From Oopsacas minuta (taxonomy: Eukaryota > Animalia > Porifera), in assembly GCA_024704765.1 (NCBI GenBank), contig JAKMXF010000319.1, forward strand, positions 285,791-349,790: DNA of 64,000 bases, read 5' to 3'. The notes below the pieces were generated by a model. That model saw only the letters and a list, made by a program, of their open reading frames with translations, was not told the DNA's origin and searched no databases. Shown one piece after another: positions 58,801-64,000 of this stretch. The position numbers and the translations under genes are program-made. Numbering within the stretch: the first letter of the stretch is position 1; the number at the start of each line of letters is the position of its first letter.

Positions 58801-61800
58801 TCGTAGAAGCGGTTCACATACCACACTCCAGTCTGTTTCAGCTGGTAAGTTCTGTGAATTCAGTATTTATTTAACGCTTCGGAGTTCAAACATTTGCTAC
58901 TTAATAAGCGAATGTGTATGTCATCACCCAGTAAGCTAAAAAATAGAAAGACGCTTTACCTTTATTAATTTTACGACATACTAATGCTCACACCATTACT
59001 CAATTATACTTTCTAGGGGTTTCTGTAAATGAGGAATTAATTGAAAGTACTATAAAGTTCTCACGCGGCCATCCATCATATGGTTTAGGCTCTTTTAACC
59101 GAAACAGTTGGGAAATGTGTGATTTTGTGACGTCACAAAGGTGCTAAAATCCCGACTTGGGTCCGGGAATTGGTTAAAACTAATTGGTAAAATTGTTCCT
59201 TTTTGTTACACTACTTCGGCCGTAATCTGTTATTGATAATGTTAGCATTGAAAAATTGCTCATTCCTGTTATATATAAAACTCGTTTGTGTGTGTTTGTC
59301 CGTTGTCAAGTTAAGGATTTATGGAATGTTGTATTGAATTCGAATTTCTCAATATGAGAGTCACATAACTATGTATTTATCGTGTTTATCAAGAATGTAA
59401 ACAGAATTCTATAACTTGAATAAATATATCAAATATGCTGAATCTGATTTTCACACTTTTGAATAATCACATGTAATTTATCGTTTTTTATGAATACAAG
59501 TAAACAATTAGTTGAAATCTCAAATAATACTTAGAGAATTGCTCTCAACAGGAATATAGGGAGTAATCATTTATGCTGGAATCCGAATTTCGCATTTTCA
59601 ACTCGTTTGTCTAAGAACGTAGTTTTATTCAAAATGTATTTAATACACTGGTATGAATTGAAACAGATTTTGCAACTAATTATCTAAAAATCAAAAATTC
59701 AAACATACAGGGATTGCCAGATATCGCCATGGCCTCTCCCAAATTCCTTCTGTCATACCTCCTATTTACATCCATGCACGCCATCTTAACTTAGTAAACT
59801 TGCAAATATTGTATTCTCCCGCCGCTTCCGCTATAATTAACCTCTCTTACAAATAAATAACCGAGATCAAAGCACTTAGTTATTACTAGAGTTCACAATA
59901 GTTTGACATTTACAATGCCTGGAAAACCTAGTACATGTATACAGTATGACGAACTGATGTTGGGTGAAACTTTTGTCAAATCGTATTTATTGTTCTCTCA
60001 TTAGGTAGTACTGTAGATGGAGAACTTTCAGAAATCGGAGATCGTTCTCCATCTCTTCAATCATTTGATGATGATCCAGAACAATTTGAGTCTTTTAAAC
60101 AGAAGAAAGAGCTGATGGATAAAGGCTTGGCTCTTTTTAAGAAGTCCCCCAAAAAGGGGATAACCTATTTGCAGGAGAATAACCTGATTGGTAAAACTGC
60201 AGAAGATGTTTCCGATTTTTTCCATCACTACGAGCGGCTTGATAAAGCCTCTGTCGGGGATTTTCTGAGCGAAAACACTGATTTTTCTAAAACAACTATG
60301 TATGCATATGTTGATGCTTTCGACTTTCACAAGATTGACTTACTAGCGGCGCTTCGTATATTCCTATCTGCTGGATTTCGTCTGCCTGGTGAGGCACAGA
60401 AAGTAGATCGTTTGATGGAAAAATTCGCTGCGAGGTACATCGATACAAATCCTCAAAACGAGATTTTCGCAAGTGCGGATGCCGCATATGTACTAGCATT
60501 TAGTATCATTATGCTTACAACTGACTTACATAATGATCAAGTGAAGGTCAAAATGACGAAAGAAGATTACATAAAAATGAACCGCGGTATTAATGAGAGT
60601 AAGGATCTCCCTCGTGATTATTTAGAAGCCATATACGAAGAAGTATCTAAAGAGGAAATAAAGATGTCCTACGCATCGGTTAATATTTCACGTACACCTA
60701 GCCTTTCTTATAAGAACCAAACTTTGCGGAAACAAGCCTTTTGCCAAGAGACAGAACTGATTACAAAGAATGCACAAATGTTGATTCGGGAAGCTGGTAA
60801 GAAGGAGAGCAACTTCACATCTGCGAAACAAATTGAGCATGTACGTCCAATGTTCAAAGGTGGTTGGACGTCTTTTTTATCCGCCTTTTCGTTGGCCCTA
60901 AAAGAGAATGATGATATAGACATTATTTACCTCTGCCTGGATGGTTTAAAAAATTCGATAAGAATTGCTTGTGTTTTTATGTTAGATCTAGAACGCAATG
61001 CATTTATTCAGTCTCTAACAAAATTTACGCTATTAGTATCTGGTTTGGGAGAAATGAAAGTGAAAAATATTGAAACGATAAAAACTTTAGTAACAATTGC
61101 CTATACAGATGGAAATTATTTACAGGATTCATGGCTTGAGGTCTTAAAGGTAATTTCACAGTTAGAGATGGCTCAATTAATCGGTACTGGAGTTAAACCA
61201 CAGTTTATTTCCATTGTGAAGGAGAAAGACTTGAAAATAGTGAAAGAATCTACTTCATTTTTCAAAAAAGAAGATCATTCAAGTATTGATGCTGTATTAG
61301 GAGGGATAGGTAAGGATAAAAGCAAAGTAGCGATAGTCAAAGAATCTATGGAAGAGACCAGTTCTCAGTCTATTGTTGTTGCAGTCGATCGTATCTTCAC
61401 ATCTAGCACAAAACTTGGCGGTGATGCAATTGTTGATTTTGTGCGTTGCCTATGCGCTGTTTCGATGGAGGAACTGAATGCTTCGAGTGGACCACGTATG
61501 TTTTCATTACAAAAAATAGTTGAGATTTCATACTACAATATGGGTAGGATTCGACTGGAGTGGAGTAGGATTTGGACTGTGTTAGGAGAACATTTTAATT
61601 CTGTCGGATGTCATCCTGATGAAGATATTGCTTTGTTCGCAATTGATTCCTTGAAGCAGTTAGCTTTGAAGTTTATTGAAAAGGGCGAACTTACAAACTT
61701 TCATTTCCAAAAAGAATTCTTAAAACCATTCCACTATATCATCTCTAGCGATATTTCTCTCAAGATTAAGGACATGATTGTGCGGTGTTTTTCTCAAATG

Positions 61801-63717
61801 GTGCAGGCACAAGCAAAAAATGTCCGTTCTGGTTGGAAATGTATATTCGGGGTTTTCCAGGTTGCTGCAGGTGACAGCGAGGAGAGTGTTGTGTTTTTGG
61901 CGTTTGAAACTATTTCCATGATTTTTCAATACCATTTCCCCTCTACTATTGAATCTTTTCAGGAAGCAATGAAATGTTTGAGTGAATTCGCATGCAACTC
62001 AAATTTTCCTGATATCAGCATGGAAGCTATTCGCTTATTCAGGAATACTGCAAAGCAGGTTCATGATTACCCTGACCTTTTCTATGAACAAATCTCACAC
62101 CAATCAAGCGGCGAAGGTACATTCCATTTGGATCAGGAGAAGGTTTGGCTGAGAGGCTGGCTACCTGTGTTAGTGGAATTAGCTAGTGTTATGTCACGTT
62201 GTATGCTAGATGTACGCACACGAGGTTTGACAGTTATGTTTGAAATCATTAAGACCTATGGTGGTAAACTATTACCAAATTGGTGGAATGACCTTTTCGC
62301 CTTAATTTTCCGTATTTTTGACCCAAGTAAGTTGCCAGAAATGGTCGAAAAAAGTGAATGGATGACCACCACTTGTAACCATGCATTGTATGCTTTGATT
62401 GACGTTTTCACTCAGTATTTCAATATACTTGCATCTTCACAATTCCAGCAAGTACTCGATCAATTAGTATGGTGTGTTCAACAGGAAAACGAACAATTAG
62501 CATGTTCAGGTACAAATTGCCTTGAAAATTTAGTTATTTATAATGGAGCATTATTTTCTGCACATTTTTGGGACACCACAATTGAGTACATTTGGAAAGT
62601 TTACACTTTTACAGAACCAACTGAATTGATAGATATACTAGAAAATACACTCAAAGTAGCAGCAAAGGTTGAAATTCAGGTTCAAGAAGAAATACATGAA
62701 GAAGCTATAGTCCCTGATATTGAAGCTGAAGACCCAATAACTCCAGTCTCAAGTAACAAGTTTATCAGTCCTGAAATATTGCATAAAGAAACACATCCCT
62801 CTACTGATTCAGATTCTAACATTAGTCTTGATTTGGAAACTATTAATGATTTCACAATTGTTGATGAAGATCATAATTTGCCATCCAAAACTGTGTGTGA
62901 AGCTTCAGAGGGGCCAGGAGTTACTTCTGTTATTCCTCAGCCTAGAGAAAGTATCTCTTCCGTCGAGACTGGTGAATTACCCGAGATACAACTAGAGAAA
63001 AAGACAAACTCATTGCCTGATAGTCAACAAGAGAAACTCCATCGCTTCAATGTTGTTCAATTAGAGCTTATTCGTGCTATCGACCACATACTTTTCTACC
63101 CAACGACAACTAAATACGAAAATGATTTTATCTTTAACCTTAAAAATACTGCCAATCAATTCAATGGAAAAATTCGACCAAAATTAGATCCTCGAGGTAT
63201 GTTTTCCAAACTTTCAACGCCGCAATTGTTATCTCTTAACGAATGTCTTTCTAAGTCACACCAGAATTCAAACCAAATTCTTGCCTTGGATGAAGAATTA
63301 TCTAAAGATGTAAGGAATTACAAGAATATATATTTTCAGAAACTACTACTTATCGATATTGAGACTACAAGTATTGCTACTGGATTTCGTATACTTTTCC
63401 ATCTGTTGTTTTCTACTGAGCACGAATCTATGCATCAACATATTGAGAAGACTTTGACTAATTTAGCGGAACACGCACTCAAAACTTTTCTTATCCTTCA
63501 GTCTCCTTTGTCTATTGAGCCATGGACAAGAGTTATATTATTGTACTTCTATTACTTAACACATATTCAACAAGGTGCTTATTTTAAGCGTCATCTATCA
63601 ATAATCTACCCATTATTGATCAAGGTTTTACAACAGGCGCCAGTTTATTCATCTCATAACCTAGCTTACAACATGTCTCTACTATTCGAGAAGATAGGCA
63701 TCGAGTTTGCAATTTAG
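55865..63717 (+). CDS. ARFGEF1: Brefeldin A-inhibited ARF-GEF (BIG1/BIG2 orthologue); exons 55865-56227, 57221-58844, 60005-63717 (about 1899 aa)
   Basis: DCB (ALDTVEKLISYGHL), HUS (YLNYDCDL..NVFE), Sec7 (FRLPGEAQKVDRLMEKFA, VLAFSIIMLTTDLHN), HDS (FSLQKIVEISYYNMGRIRLEWSRIW); GT/AG sites join in frame (phase 0, phase 1). Confidence 0.93.
56447..56754. mobile_element. MITE of the GG..CC/TTAA family in BIG1 intron 1
   Basis: ggtcatgtaatttaatatacttgtttctcatccc / ggatgagaataagtaattaattttacatggcc. Confidence 0.55.
59270..59620 (+). mobile_element. Helitron-like family copy in BIG1 intron 2
   Basis: Colinear with the reverse complement of about 6700-7050 (tgtttgtccgttgtcaag, cataactatgtatttatcgtgtttatcaag, aatccgaatttcgcattttcaa). 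Confidence 0.6.
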
Positions 63718-64000
63718 CTAATTGACAGACAATCAATATAGTAGTAAAATATAAACCAAACTTTGTACTGATGTCAAAGAGTGTATAAATAGATATGACA
63801 GTAATATTGTATTAGTTTATTACATAACTCTATATCACTATAGAATATTATTAGTCGTCGAATACTTAATTCAACTGAATGTGATATATTATTTAATTGT
63901 TGACTTTACTGTTGCAGTTATATAAAACTTATATTGCTGACTTTTCTCCACGTTTTGTTCAATTCTCAAAACTATGTTAGAGGTGGGCTATTCGGAATTA

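Overview
AT-rich, intron-poor eukaryotic (animal) DNA. The intronless housekeeping genes and the coiled-coil+NHL family suggest a hexactinellid sponge such as Oopsacas; this is inference. Single-copy genes, all on +, are an OATP/SLCO transporter, RER1, HIBADH, VPS26C and a 3-exon BIG1/ARFGEF Sec7 GEF. Between RER1 and HIBADH (about 9.1-48.3 kb) is a tandem array of six intact, single-exon coiled-coil + six-bladed NHL beta-propeller genes. Their scaffold is nearly invariant. Variation is concentrated at the same few positions in every blade (residues flanking the conserved Pro and those after the conserved Asp), i.e. one face of the propeller. Variant blocks are shared patchwork-style between different pairs of copies. 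This is the best candidate for an undescribed system: a diversifying receptor/sensor repertoire. Each spacer holds different decayed DNA transposons (Ginger2-like integrase, NOF-like Mutator with OTU domain, FLYWCH-MULE, maT DD37D, hATm-like, two hATs, FAR1-like MULE, pogo MITE, TTAA-flanked MITE, foldback palindromes), often at re-used target sites. One spacer carries a captured, intron-containing eIF4E gene fragment. No rRNA, tRNA, CRISPR or reverse transcriptase was seen.
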